Notes under the pieces: generated by a model | Database searches by the model: none | Told to the model about the DNA's origin: nothing | Seen by the model: only the letters and a program-made list of their open reading frames with translations | Program-made: the position numbers and the translations under genes | NCBI GenBank assembly: GCA_030141605.1 | Contig: JAQGDQ010000145.1 | Span: forward strand, 186,001 to 250,000 | Length of the DNA: 64,000 nucleotides | Reading direction: 5' to 3' | From: Tubiluchus corallicola | Lineage: Eukaryota > Animalia > Priapulida | Shown: positions 26,101-38,794 of the stretch, one piece after another | How the letters are laid out: the number at the start of each line of letters is the position of its first letter | Numbering within the stretch: the first letter of the stretch is position 1

Positions 26101-29100
26101 ATTATAATCAACCCGGGGTTTTATTTTTGATCATCGATTGTATTACAGATAGCTCAATTGTATTACAGATACCATTTTCAATTTAGTGTTTGGAAAATCC
26201 ACAAAAATCACTCAACAAATATAACTGTCATTACGCTAGAATCAAGTAATGTGGCATTGTTTTGTCTCAATAACTTACTGTGCCTCAGTCGTTGCTTAGA
26301 TGCAAACGTTCCTCAGAAGCATGAAAACATGATTTTTGTGTGCACTTGCCTATTTGTAACTTGATTCAACTATGAAATCAGTTTGATTAGTCAATCCTCA
26401 AAATACAATCAAGTTGGTGTCCCAACACTAAACTGAAAAAACACAGAAGACAGTGACTTACAGGCATGGGGATTTTCGTCAGCTCCTTGCCAATGCAGTT
26501 CTTCATAATACTCCACAAACTGATGCTGTAATTAGGCTTATCAGGAATAATTGTCCTTCGCTTACGTTTCATGACTTTTTGCCCGGAACTAGGTACATCA
26601 CCTGCATGAAAATGGCAAAATAAAATTATCTAGGGTTAAAAAGAAAATCATTTGTTGTGGTTACCTGAACTGCTAAGTCGCTATTGAATCACTTAAATTT
26701 CAGTAATTGTTCATAACGTAAACTGGAGAAAAAGTCCGAGGTAAATTTTTACAAATAGTACTTTAAAACCTTCATTGTAAAACGTTTTCATGCTTTTATG
26801 ATGCAGCTTTACGTACAAAAGGAAAAAGTTTGTTAATAACTAATGACGACTTTGACGTTTGATACCGCAGCACTATTCGATAAACAATGCACAAATTCAA
26901 TATTCAATGAACAAACATTGAACAGATGTGCCATCTTTCATTAGAAATGCATTAATAAGTGTACTGTCACAGCTAACTGCTAGCTTCATCTAGTTTTATG
27001 GGTTTATAAAGTGAATGTCTACCAATAATGTGCACTTGAAAATTTTTGCTTCTGTCTTCTCACGAAATTTGCAAGCATTTCCACCAAACATTATTTTATA
27101 ACTCACAGTCGTCAGTGCAAGTGTCATATATTGTCTATGAACTTTTGCTTTGGTCTCTGCTGAGTTAAGCATAATTGAATTCAATCAAGAGAATTGCTAA
27201 ATTTAAACATGAAGGAATGTGTGCTTTATAGTTTACAATCTTGAATCAACCACAGATTTTTAGCAGTGGCATGCAGTATCAAAGCAGCTTTAGTTACATA
27301 TTTATTTTTACAAAATATATATATTTACCTATCTCTTCTTCTACTTTAACTTCATCCACAGCATCTGGGCATCCTTTCATGGAGACAATGATGGCACGCA
27401 CATTCTTCCTGCCCACTTCCAACTCTGAACCTGAATCATTCTCGTTCTCCACTTCAGATCCACTTGAGCGTGCATTTGATCGTCTACTAATATAAAATAC
27501 GCAGATAACAATATGGCTACTGTAATAGCTCAGTTCAGTTCAGTTCATTTTAGTTGATAATAGGTCAGTCCGCAAAGAGTTAAAAACAGAAATTTTCAGG
27601 TGTTAGGACTACTTTATCTTTAAAAAATTCTGCAACATTAAGCAAAAAAACGTCCCCACATAGTTAAAGGTTTAGGAGAATATATTTGAACACGTGTTCA
27701 AATGCCAATCAATCGGTAATTGATATGCAATCAAAAAAATTTTCTGATAATGGTCTGCAAACTAATTGCACCACATCTGTACAGTGAATCTACATTATAA
27801 ATTACAAAAGTAATGTACAATATTTGTAGGACAGTGCTTTTTAACAAAGCTTGTAAAGCATTTTAACAAATTTAATGTCTTACACAGACGTAATTCAGTT
27901 GTAACCGCTGTCAAATTGTTAAAAAAACATCAAATTTAATTGCACAAATGCATTGTCTCTAAAACAAAAACAGGAAATTCAAGCAATATTGCATGATTTC
28001 AAAATAAGTTGCAACCAATCTATTAAACTCATTCGAAATAAAAGATGGTAGTTACTTGTAACTAAGCTGGAGATCAGGAATTTCAACTTCGAATTCTTGT
28101 GTATCTTCAACAGCATCGTGAAACTCATCCTCTTCATCCTCTGAAGTAATCGCTCCTTAAATCACAGTAAAAAGGAGTTAAAAAATACAATAAAGAAAAA
28201 AGTGGCTTCTTTTAAGATTAGTTCACCTGATATGTAGTTAGAAATAGTTTCAAGTATATGTATTAGGAATAGCCTCTGCATTCTGCACTTTTATTATCAT
28301 AATTGCTTAAATAACAGTAAAAAAGAGTTAAAAATATAATAAAGCAAAAAGGTGGCTTTTTAAGATTAGTTCCCCTAATATGTTGTTAGAAATAATGTAC
28401 TAGGAATAGACTCTGCACTTTTATTACCATAATAAATATAACTTTTCCACATAAGTTGCAGTAATATTTTTTGCTAGCTGAAACAATAGGATTTGTTATT
28501 AAAACAAAATTGAATGAATTAACACGTCAAGTTTCTCACGGATTATGCATGGTTCAGTGTGGTTGACCGACTGAGCATTTTGCCCTAATTTTCACAGTAT
28601 GGCTCCTATTTCGGGCACTTAAAGAACCCAGCTGTTTTAACCATACTGTTACCTCAGCTTCTATCCCAGATGTCTACCCTGCATGTTTTGTGGCTTTAGG
28701 TACTCAAGTTTTTGGAGTTACGAGTCAACGCTTAGAATTTGATGCCTTACAAAAATGAAATGATGAATCCAGCATAAGAGTGATTCTAGAATCCTCTGCT
28801 CGCACATTAGCAACAAAGCTACAAGTTTTTACTATAACAGCATTGTCATGTGCAAGCACATCTATGATTTTTACGAAACTAACTGCTTTTCATCTGTCTG
28901 TCAGTTTTACCTAGGCCGTGAGGAGGTTTTGTTATTTCTTTAGCAGCAGCTGCCTCTTTTCGTGCAACTGCTTCTAGATGACTGTGCTGTTTGGCTAGTT
29001 GTTCCACCATTTCCTCTAATCTTAACCGCTGCTCATGTTCGTACTGAAGAGCTTTTTGCCATCTCTTACCACCAGACTGTGCTAGGTCCAAATAATCTGA

Positions 29101-32100
29101 ACATGCCTACAGACGAAAAAAAAACAAAAGGTATGTATTTAAGTTTAGGTTTAATTTTATTTTCTATAATGGGCTATCCATATCTAGATGCTCTAGCAAT
29201 ACGTACAATTCTAATATCACATACCACTAAGATAATAAATTTACATAAAATTATAAAATATATAAAGTGGGTTGAAAATACATCAAGAAAATAAAAACGT
29301 TAAAACTAGTGAGTTTTCAATTTAGATTAAGATATCAAAAAAAAAACTTGCATTATGAAGCTAAAAAATCTCTAAGCAGCATGCCAACATTTCGAACAAG
29401 TAAGTCTTTAAAAGCAGGCTGTCATTAAATCTTAACCTACAGATAGTATGACGTAAAGTCACAAGATCAGATGTACAGCTTTTTTTTACTACGCTTTGCC
29501 ATTTTGCAATCAAAAAGCAGTGTGGACTCAATGCTGCATTTATCAGAACATTAACTGCCAAGTTCAAGCAAAAGACTATTATTACAAAACCTAGGAAAAT
29601 TAATTAAACTAACAGATTGATTTTAATGGACTTCACTACAACACGAATATAAGAAATCCTGTCCCGTAACCATCTGATTCAGGTAGATAGGCCTGACAAG
29701 GAAAAATTGAGTCTCATTTGCCAAACCACTGACAAGTTTGCATATTCTTTCTTGTCTAGCAAGTGTAATTTGGTGCATACTTTAATATGTCATAATAGAA
29801 CATGTTAAACAACATTGTCTAGTCATACCAGAGCCTAGTAATTACTTAACCCAGTGCTGCTGTGACTTATTTTATTGATACACACATTTTGGGTTATGAG
29901 ATAAATAGCAATAAAAAATGGCAATAATTTCTTAAATCAGTGGACACAAGTATGTGACACTGACTTTTATCTTAAGCTGAATGGCTCCAAATTTCCATTT
30001 TTACATGAAATCTTTCCAGGAAGATCAAGCTGTTGTCCAATGAGTTCTACTCATATGCAAGAATGTGTTTAGATACTTAAAATCAGGAGTACCTACTGTC
30101 TACAGAAAAACATTGCAAGTAAAAAAGATATCAATAACAACTTTGGCATGCATAATAACAACCGTACGAGTGATTTAATGTCCTATAATTGGTTATATAA
30201 CAATATTTATATATTCTTAAATAATTGCACTCAAGCTTTGTCAAAAATAACATATTTACTATCAGTGCTACTACATGGTGTCCCAAAACAAGCAATGCAG
30301 GTGAAATGCACTGATCAATAAATCGAGTATGAAGTTATGTAGTAAAAGGTTATAATACAATAACCTGGCTTTTGTGCATTCCAATGTTAAGTATTACTGC
30401 ACACTCATCGGACATTGTATATTGTAAAAGTGGCATACTTATAACGTACCATGTGCACTGTTTCTTTTGGAACACCACTGTATTTGAAATAAAGCAAACA
30501 TCTATGCACTCACATTAATCATTGCATTAGCTGTTATTCGAAACAATGTAGCCCTCTCATGCACAGACTTGACTTTCTGAGGAAGATCAGGACTACCGTG
30601 TAAAGACATGTGCTCTAGTTCGCTCAGTGACCGCTGGAGGGCAGCACCGTGTTTTACTATCAAATCATTGCATGTACTGAGGTCTTCCAGTTTTGAGTTT
30701 AGTGATCGGAATGTGGACTGCAGCTCGTTTCGCTCAGGCTGACTTGGTGCTTCTTCTTCTTCGTCTTCTACAGTAAAAATGTCGGACAAAAAATTCTAAA
30801 CAGGAGGAATCAATTCAGTAAAACATACACTGATGCATACATGAAAAATGCCCATTGTTAAAAGTTCATAAAAATGTTCAAATGGTTCCACTTTAATATT
30901 AAGCTTTGGGCAGTTTAGACTAACTAAATGCACAAGTACAATCAATATTGTGCACTAATTCTTAAAGGAAAACTTAATCCACACACAATCTTAAACCACA
31001 GCTCAAAACAATCTACCCTACAAAATGTTGAAAGGAAACGCTATTTATTTCAAAAATTACTTACATGAAAGAATTATTACCACACAAATGCAATTTCGTG
31101 CTCGATTTACCAGTTCGCTGTTAGATGAGCACTAGCGCCTGCATCTCGGAAACACGTCACAACAAAAGATAGGTGCTGTGCCTCTCAGCTCGAAGGTGTT
31201 CGTTTGTGACATACTGCACATGTTTGAGAGCTCGTGCATGAGCACAGCGGTAAACTTGAAATTTGAATTTTAAACTTAAAAATTTGCCAAATTTTTGTAT
31301 AGCATACCAAATGTTGTACAGTAGCAATGGATTTCAATTTTTGCTTTTGCAAACACATGCAACACACTCATAGCATGTTTGCTCTGTTGAAAATTATGTT
31401 CATTTGTGATGTCATCACTAGTTGGGCTTAGTCGCCATTAATTAAGGTTTTAATCTATTATTTAATTATCAGAAATGCTTTGGTGTTAGAATGTATGCTT
31501 TCTACCATACACAAACTGGGATAAATGTGAAAAAACATCCTTTAATCTTTTGTAACACTACTATAATGTACAATAAACTGACACAGCAGCTAAGGTGAAA
31601 ATTTAAAATATAACACACCTTCTTCCATCTGACGTATGGCTTTTGCTTTGGCTAATTCAAGTACAGTGACCCATCGTTGTCGTTCCACCTCTGATGTTGC
31701 CCTCAAATGGAAAGTCTGAGTACCACCATTGGTCACTGTAAAGTTACATGTATCCTCTGTGTGTATGAAAGCCCCATGGAGGGAAATTGTACCACGGCAC
31801 GTGTGTGCCATCTCTGCCTGGGTCCTGGATAAAAAAAACTGTCAGATAAATTGCCACCAATTATGACAGATATGTCATGGCAGCACACTGAACCACATTA
31901 CTAAATTCCAAATAATTAGTGCACATAAAATATTATATAGTTAAAGTATAGCACAAAACATTCTGATTATGAATAGCTTAAAAGTAAATGTTAATAATAA
32001 TAATAATAATAAGAAGAAGAATATTATAATAATAATAATTTCATTTAAAGTTACCTTCTGGATGAACAAATAAATTAAGCTTTTTTCCGACTGTAAATAA

Positions 32101-35100
32101 CAATTGTACAACTACATAGCTACTACATTATCCCCTTTACCCTAAATACCATGCACCATTTTTAAAGTCTTTGGTATAACCCGGCCACTGTATCGAACTC
32201 ACAACTTCCTAGACGGAAAGCGGACATGTTACCACTAGGCTAAACTGTCTCGTCTATTGCTTGGAAAAGGTGTACCATACTAATAACACGGATAAGTTGC
32301 CAAACAATAAATTCAACAAAACTGTAGAGTGTTTTGGAAGCAAATTAGTGGCCCTTTCTCTTTTTTAATTTACCCTGTAGGCTTACGAGACTTATCAATT
32401 TCAATGAAAGTTTATGTCAACAATGCATTGCATAATATATTCTTTTGCAAATAAGAATCATCGTTTCAGTTTTAACAGAATATGTATATGGAAAACTAAA
32501 CAAAATAATGCTGATGAAATTTGGCAAAAATAGAGAAATTTATTTGGTTAACTTTTATTGCTTCCGGTACTGAGCAATATGTTGTCCACTAACGTCAATA
32601 ATCTCTTTCAGTTTTAGCTGGATGAAATTATTTCATGGTCAGCATGGGCCTTAGTAATGATTGTGAGTTACTATAGCCTTTGTCTCAATATACTGATTTG
32701 GCTATAATTTTTTTCTGAAACGCAAGGTAATTTATTGCCATTTATTAAATTCCATTAGGGAAACATAAAAGACAACATATTAAACAACAACAATACAATA
32801 CGTCAGTATGCTGACAGCTAACCCTCTTAACTTTTCCATTTGATTTTTGAATTGTGGCTTTTTGTAAGATTTCAGGGATCCACCACTCAATGCAGAACTA
32901 CTACTTAAAGTTAATGAATGCGGCGGGCGCAAAACCTATCTCTCACTATCAAAGTAATCAATCGCTAAATCCAGTACTCTAGCAGTTGCATGTTATTCAT
33001 GTTAGGATGCATAAGATTTCAAAATACTTGTTGGCACTTTGTCTGGTGTGGGTAGCTTTTAATATTTTTTGTTGTTGTTGCACATAATTAGTAGAGTTAG
33101 TATTTTATGTGCATAGCAATTACTTTTATGCTTACTTTTAATACTTAGTGCTATTACAATTTTTAAATGCTAAAACAAAATGTGAATTCAATCGAATTGA
33201 AATAAGCATATGCCATTAACAAGAGAAATTTCAGCAAAGCACACACTCAGCTATTTCATCGTCCAGGACAATATCCATTTCAAAATGAGGGAACAAACTT
33301 TTTTACGAAAGCGTAATAACAGCATTTACATTTTATCACACTAAAACTCATTTCAAATTGTTTCAAAAAGGCTTAAACCTCGGCAGATTTTATCAACTTA
33401 ACACGCAAAAACAACCAGGTTTACAACAACAAAAAGACATTTTAATGGAATCTGACTTACAGTGCCATGTATAAAATGAATTTAACTGATATAATACAAT
33501 ACCATCAACAAAAATAATTACAGATGCAACACTATTAAGACTGCAGAAACGTTTTCGGCAGTTGTGCTTTAAGCAGCAAATAATTTCCTTCCTTATCGGC
33601 AACCATGCTACCATGGGACGTTCATCTGTATATTAATTTACCTCCACGATTATACTGATGAAGCCCAGAGAAGATCAGTTGTTCATAATGCAAGCAGTAA
33701 GACCTACTTGTAGAATAGAGAACGAAAAGCCAGAACAGCCTCATATAATAGCATATAGTGATGGGCGATTTTGAAATTTCGTAATTCCATATCATGATCT
33801 TTGCGACAATTTTTAGTATTGTACTTAGATATTTTCATATTTGCACACTATTTTTATAGACGTGCACCACATTTTCATGTCTAGAAAAAATAAATCTTTT
33901 TCACTAACTACTCTCTGACTATGTCACTACATGCATCACATGTCAAAGAATTTGAAGCCCCCAGTTTGCAACACTGTTACTCGCAATTGTGTGCATTGTT
34001 TAACGAAAGAAAATCAAAGAAAAAATGCAAAGATTCTGTTTTTTTGTGCTAAAACCCTGCTTTTTAGTTAGCGTTAAATTTTGCTCTCGATTATCACGAT
34101 TAATTGAATTCCCGTTCAATTGTCAATTATATTGATTTATACATGGCTGTAATTGTGATTAATTTGATTAATCTATTGATTGTCCATCACTAAAAGCATA
34201 GTGAATTTATTATGGTTTACAAACATTTGGTGTATGCAAGGCCAAGGCAATTATGTACATAAAACGTTTGAAAGACACAATAAATTCACTATGCTGCTTT
34301 GGTTTTTCAATTCCTGAGATTCTCAAAGAATGAATTGCACTAAATCTCTCTCTCTATATATATATATATATATAGTAATCTGTGATTAATAAATTAAAAT
34401 ACGCAGTATCAAAAGAATTTTGGCCAAATTAAATGGTAATAATAAACAAATAATTTTCCCATCTGTGATTTTAAATATATTGCATTAGTTTTTATAGTTT
34501 TAACATCTTTTAAGTATTTGCTGATGTGACATATGATCACAATGAAGTCAATATTATTATATAGTAACTGCATCGACACAATGATACAGTACACCAATAT
34601 ATTGATTAACAATGGAACATTGTTCAGGCATACTAAAAAATTTACTGCAGAAATGGGAAGCACTGAATCTTTGTAAACCTTTGTAAATGCTGCGGTTAAC
34701 ATTTATTTATTTAACCCTTCAATGCCTCTACGTTTACTGGGAAGCCAACATGATGACATCAATTCCACAAAATTCATTTTCAGGCAAAGCAAATTAAACC
34801 TGAACAGGAGATGGATAATAACCTTTACTCACATTGCCGACAAACATATGGTAAAAAGTCTTGCAATTCCTCACGGTTTTTAAGGCTTAAACATGCAATA
34901 GCGATTTACAGAAACTAAAAGGCTCAAAAACACCATTTAGAGCCATTGGGAGGCATCTAGCAAACTAACATCAACGAATAGTAACAGACTTAATATTATA
35001 CTGTCATCATCTGTACATTAATCTGTTTAGGTTCTTGAAGACAATTAACTCTGTAGAAGATTCATTAGTTTTACAGCATGATATTGAACAACTATGTAGG

Positions 35101-38100
35101 TGAAGTAATGAGCGGCAGATGTTATTTAATGTTGATAAATGCGAGGTAATGCATTGCGGTTTTGGGAATCTTAATAAGTGATTGTGTTACGAATGGAATA
35201 ACTCTTCAAAATACAAATACATTGCAGTAGAAATAGTCTTGGTGTGATAATAACATCAGACTTAAAATTTTCCCAGCAGTGTATTAAAAAAGCAAACCAA
35301 ATTTTGCGGATGATAAAAAGACACCTCGTTTCTAGAAATAAAGAAATTATATTGAAATTAGACATTGGTTTGGAATCCCCATTACTGACTAGAAAAGCAA
35401 ACATGTTACCTGAAAATTATTTAATTTGGTTGTTGATTCTAAAACTAAAGGACATCGTTCAAAACTTTTCAAAGAATGTCTTGACATTGTTAAATATTCA
35501 TTTACCATGAAAGTAGTGAATGAATGGAAGAATCTGCCTGCCATGGTGATTGCCGCACTAACAATAGTGAAGTTTAATCTTTAATCGACAATTATTTTGT
35601 GGAAAAATATGGAGTTTCTATGAGTGTACTCGCTTGTAGTGTAACAGTACAAACACAGACTTTAACGATTACTAATAATTCGGTTAATATTTAGTTTCTT
35701 GAGTTAAGTTATTTCATACACATAACACGCCATTCCAGACTGACACTGTATTAATAGTCAATAAGAAATTGTCCTAGTACCAAGGAATGCTTTATATGTT
35801 ATAACTAAAACATCACAAATGTGAAAAAAGCAGCAATGTTTTTGTTACAGTTCTTGCATTTGTTAATAATAATAATAATAATAATAACAACAACAACAAC
35901 AACAATAATAATAATATAATAATAATAATAATAATAATACCAATAATAGTACCAATAATAATTTATGCAAATTGTAAGTTTACCTAACAATATTACTTAT
36001 TGTTGTGCATTATAGTTAACTTCAAAAAGACTGTCTAGGATTTTTCATAATATCTTAGGCAAATAAACCTCAAGTAATTACCAATAACTATTTAACAAAA
36101 CATGTTTTAATAGTGCATTGCTTACAAGACTACAAAAATATATAAATTTTCCACACAATAATGTATTAATAGCATTAAAGTATTTTGTAAGATTTTGCTT
36201 ATTTTGTTGTACTGTTTGGTAATGTATCTTAGATGGCTTTTTTGAGAGACTGCTTTATGTATAAAGGTCAGACAATAAAAATAAAGTTTTTTTTGAAATA
36301 AAGAAGTATCAATATTAGCAATTAGGGCGTGTGGCCTTGTCGAGTCTTTAGTTGCTTTGATTAGTTATTGACACTTTAACAGCATTAGAAAGCACAGGAC
36401 TTCTCTGTAGTCGCACATGAGTACAAAGGTTAGCTACTAAAAAGAAAATTACAAACGTCGATAAAAATGCAAGCACAGCAAAATGGTTCTTTTAGGCACA
36501 TGGCAAAAAATGACAACCACAACCTATGAAATCACAACCAATTTGTCAATTTAATGCGAATTTTAATGACTGCAACTAGCTTAATTATAATAACAAAAAT
36601 ACTGAATTATTGTAAGTGAATTTCATTAAAAACTGTGAATGGTGGTTTTGTGGTGATTATTTTAGGCTCTTAGTTCAACAGTAATTTTAATGGCTAGTGC
36701 CCGTCATAGTGATGAATGCTGTGAAAACTTGAGAGTCTAGCAGTTAGCCAGTTACCTAGCTGTCCAGTTAAGTCATTTTTTTAATTGGATATAAGCAATG
36801 CAATTTGATTGGCCTAATAAAAATTGTATGACCTGATCTGATAGAAACCTCAGTTAAAAATATTGAACTTAACTCGTTGCTTTCCTTACTCTTCTTTCTC
36901 TCTCTATCTGTCTGTCTGCCTCTCTCTCTTTCTCTCTCCCTACCTCCATCTCTCTCTCTCTCTTTCTCCTCATTTCAATGTAGATGTACTCAATACTATA
37001 GCAACTACAGTGCATGGCAAAATATTACATGATGAGAAAACGAAAAAAAAAACATTAGTCAGCTAGTCTCTAGTGCCTTATAAGAAACAGTAACTCAGTA
37101 ATAAGCAACTCAGTGGAAATGCATAACAAGTACCGCATAACAAAGACCAATAGCACTGTCAAATGATAAGAATAAGACAAAAGTGATGAATTTACATCAG
37201 ATGTCATTACGTCAGATGAAGATACCGGCATCTCTGACGTCACGTTTGAAGGTCTAATCGTTCGTATTCTGTATGGGAATCCGGAGAAGAGGATCTCGAC
37301 ATTATCCGATTTCAAGAGATGCGTTCTTCCCCTGTTCTGTGTCCTGCCAGTTTGAAAGGAAGCTGTGGAGACGTCCTGGAAAAGACTACCTTTTGCCCAC
37401 GAAGTAGATTGAGAGGGACTGAATTCTGCTGAATTACTACAACGTGCGTGAGGAAGGACCGGTCCTACCCAAATGCTGGAAGCCTTGGCAAACTAATTTT
37501 GTTATTGTTGTTTGATGGAAACTGTTTTTTTATATAATGTCCTGTACAATGTTCACTCTGTAAATTGAAATAATAATCCTGACACTTATCTATAAAAAGT
37601 AAGAAAATAGTTCACAAACTTGTTTTATTGTCACAGGATGTTACATAAATCAGTCATAAATTAAAATATGGATACTGGTAACTTAAATTATTTAAACAAG
37701 CTGTGAAGCAAAATCACGAAGTCAGTCAAAAATTTGCTAATGTTATTTCAATTTCTGTATTTAGATAGTAGAAATTTTTTGCATGTTTTTATAAATGTAC
37801 GCATGAACCTGTTGCAAGTGACTGGGTGATAAAAATAAACACAAATTCAATTAAAAATTACAAGTATCAATTATGTACAAAAAATAAAATGGCTTCAACC
37901 CCAAAATACATGCGCCATTAGATAATGGTAGTAATTTAAACCTATTAATCTTAATTCAGCAATATAGAATAGCGGTCAGTAAGTGAATAGGGACTATGCT
38001 AAAACGTTCAGTGATATAACGAATAATCCTTGGATGCTAATAACATCCAAGTGGCTTTCCAGATCATGACATCTTCAAATGACATAATCAGCTGCTATCA

Positions 38101-38794
38101 ACGACAGAGTGCGACTGAGCCGCCTTGCACACCTCTAACCACTAGTTTCTTTCCTGCATCTCACGTACCTTTCGTTTGTTTTCATGTTTGCTACAATTTA
38201 TATACCAATCACTGTACTAATGCACCATCCATGTGTATCACAACAGCCAAGATTAACACTTTTTGTGTATCGTTCAAAAGGTCAAGAGCTATAGTTCACA
38301 TTCTCACTCAGTTTCTACAGATTCGAAATAAATTGAAATAGTGTTCATCTAGTAATTGATGGTCTTAAAGAGGAAGGATACCACAGATGTCCAGAAATTA
38401 AATTGGATTAGTGTTGAACTATGAGCATACGTGGTTTAGCAACATTGCCACAGGTCTTTCAATGTTTTATTCATTCATTTTACCTTTTTATAACGATTGA
38501 AACAATATCATCATAGTCAAAGGGCAACAGACAAACGTGCGTTACCTCGTAATTAAACAAAAACCAATTATATGTCGTAATTAACCAGATTAAACTACAG
38601 CGAAAAAAAGCAGCTTGCCTCTACGATTTCGCATAATATAAATTTTCCTGTGGTTACCTGTAATAAGACAGCAAGCCAGCCGACACGACAAACCATCGTT
38701 TTTGATAACCTTTCAAATAATTAGTCCACTTATATAACCAACCCTTAAAGTCAGGCACAGAAGGTATTTCTCTCTGGTCCACCATTGTTGTCAT
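17117..38794 (-). CDS. OSBP: Oxysterol-binding protein (OSBP/OSBP2 subfamily; PH, FFAT, ORD), about 764 aa
   Basis: Exons (minus strand): 38794-38658, 31824-31619, 30767-30514, 29106-28911, 28155-28056, 27486-27329, 26601-26462, 25874-25629, [21793-21623 OR 21587-21420], 20718-20572, 19749-19577, 18796-18655, 17757-17679, 17262-17117 (TGA). PH domain [19 protein letters not shown]; FFAT-like [12 protein letters not shown]; ORD motifs [63 protein letters not shown]; C-terminus WKECPDIYL. Confidence 0.95.
17929..18558. mobile_element. hAT-type non-autonomous element (MITE)
   Basis: TIRs CAGGGATGTTACTGAA / TTCGGTAACATTCCTG; degenerate 8-bp TSD cgtactgc / tgtactac; subterminal TTCGGT(T) repeats. 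Confidence 0.75.
19990..20300 (-). mobile_element. LINE (CR1/L2-group) ORF2 3'-end remnant
   Basis: Translation [13 protein letters not shown]...C...[10 protein letters not shown] matches the C-terminal motif of L2/CR1-group ORF2 proteins; degraded. Confidence 0.7.
21420..21587 (-). CDS. OSBP: OSBP exon 9B (tandem-duplicated alternative exon)
   Basis: atgtag|GTT...AAG|gtaagt, 168 nt, phase 0/0, open frame: [56 protein letters not shown]. Confidence 0.85.
21623..21793 (-). CDS. OSBP: OSBP exon 9A (canonical-like alternative exon)
   Basis: attttag|GTC...AAG|gtaaag, 171 nt, phase 0/0: [57 protein letters not shown]. Confidence 0.93.
22790..23371. mobile_element. PIF/Harbinger-like MITE with internal degenerate repeats
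   Basis: TAA flanks on both sides; degenerate TIRs aaccaggcttacac / gtgaaactctggct; perfect subterminal inverted repeat aagtccaacagtcgccaaa (22826) / tttggcgactgttggactt (23317). Confidence 0.7.
28156..28432. repeat. Tandem intronic duplication (offset 150 bp) including the OSBP exon 5 splice acceptor
   Basis: cttaaatcacagtaaaaaggagtt...ctgcacttttattatcataat at 28156 is repeated as cttaaataacagtaaaaaagagtt...ctgcacttttattaccataat at 28306. Confidence 0.85.
32155..32242 (-). mobile_element. tRNA-derived SINE 5' head
   Basis: Minus strand TAGCCTAGTGG (A box) ... GAGTTCGATAC (B box), followed by ggccgggttataccaaagactttaaaaatggt, a body start typical of invertebrate tRNA-SINEs; no intact cloverleaf. 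Confidence 0.7.
33756..34192. mobile_element. hAT-type MITE
   Basis: TIRs TAGTGATGGGCGAT / ATTGTCCATCACTA; 8-bp TSD atagcata / aaagcata (7 of 8 match). Confidence 0.75.
34195..34295. repeat. 101-bp imperfect palindrome
   Basis: agcatagtgaatttatt ... aataaattcactatgct is a perfect 17-bp inverted repeat, extending to about 40 bp with mismatches. Confidence 0.8.
35040..35600 (+). mobile_element. CR1-type LINE reverse-transcriptase 3' remnant
   Basis: Degraded translation LQHDIEQL...[13 protein letters not shown]...[26 protein letters not shown]...[10 protein letters not shown], the typical post-RT region of CR1 ORF2, with stops and deletions. Confidence 0.8.
35864..35961. repeat. (AAT)n/(AAC)n microsatellite
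   Basis: Direct reading of trinucleotide runs. Confidence 0.9.

Noticed and set aside
32155-32242. Possible tRNA gene
   Set aside because: A and B boxes are present, but the acceptor stem and cloverleaf are not intact and the sequence continues into a SINE-type body.
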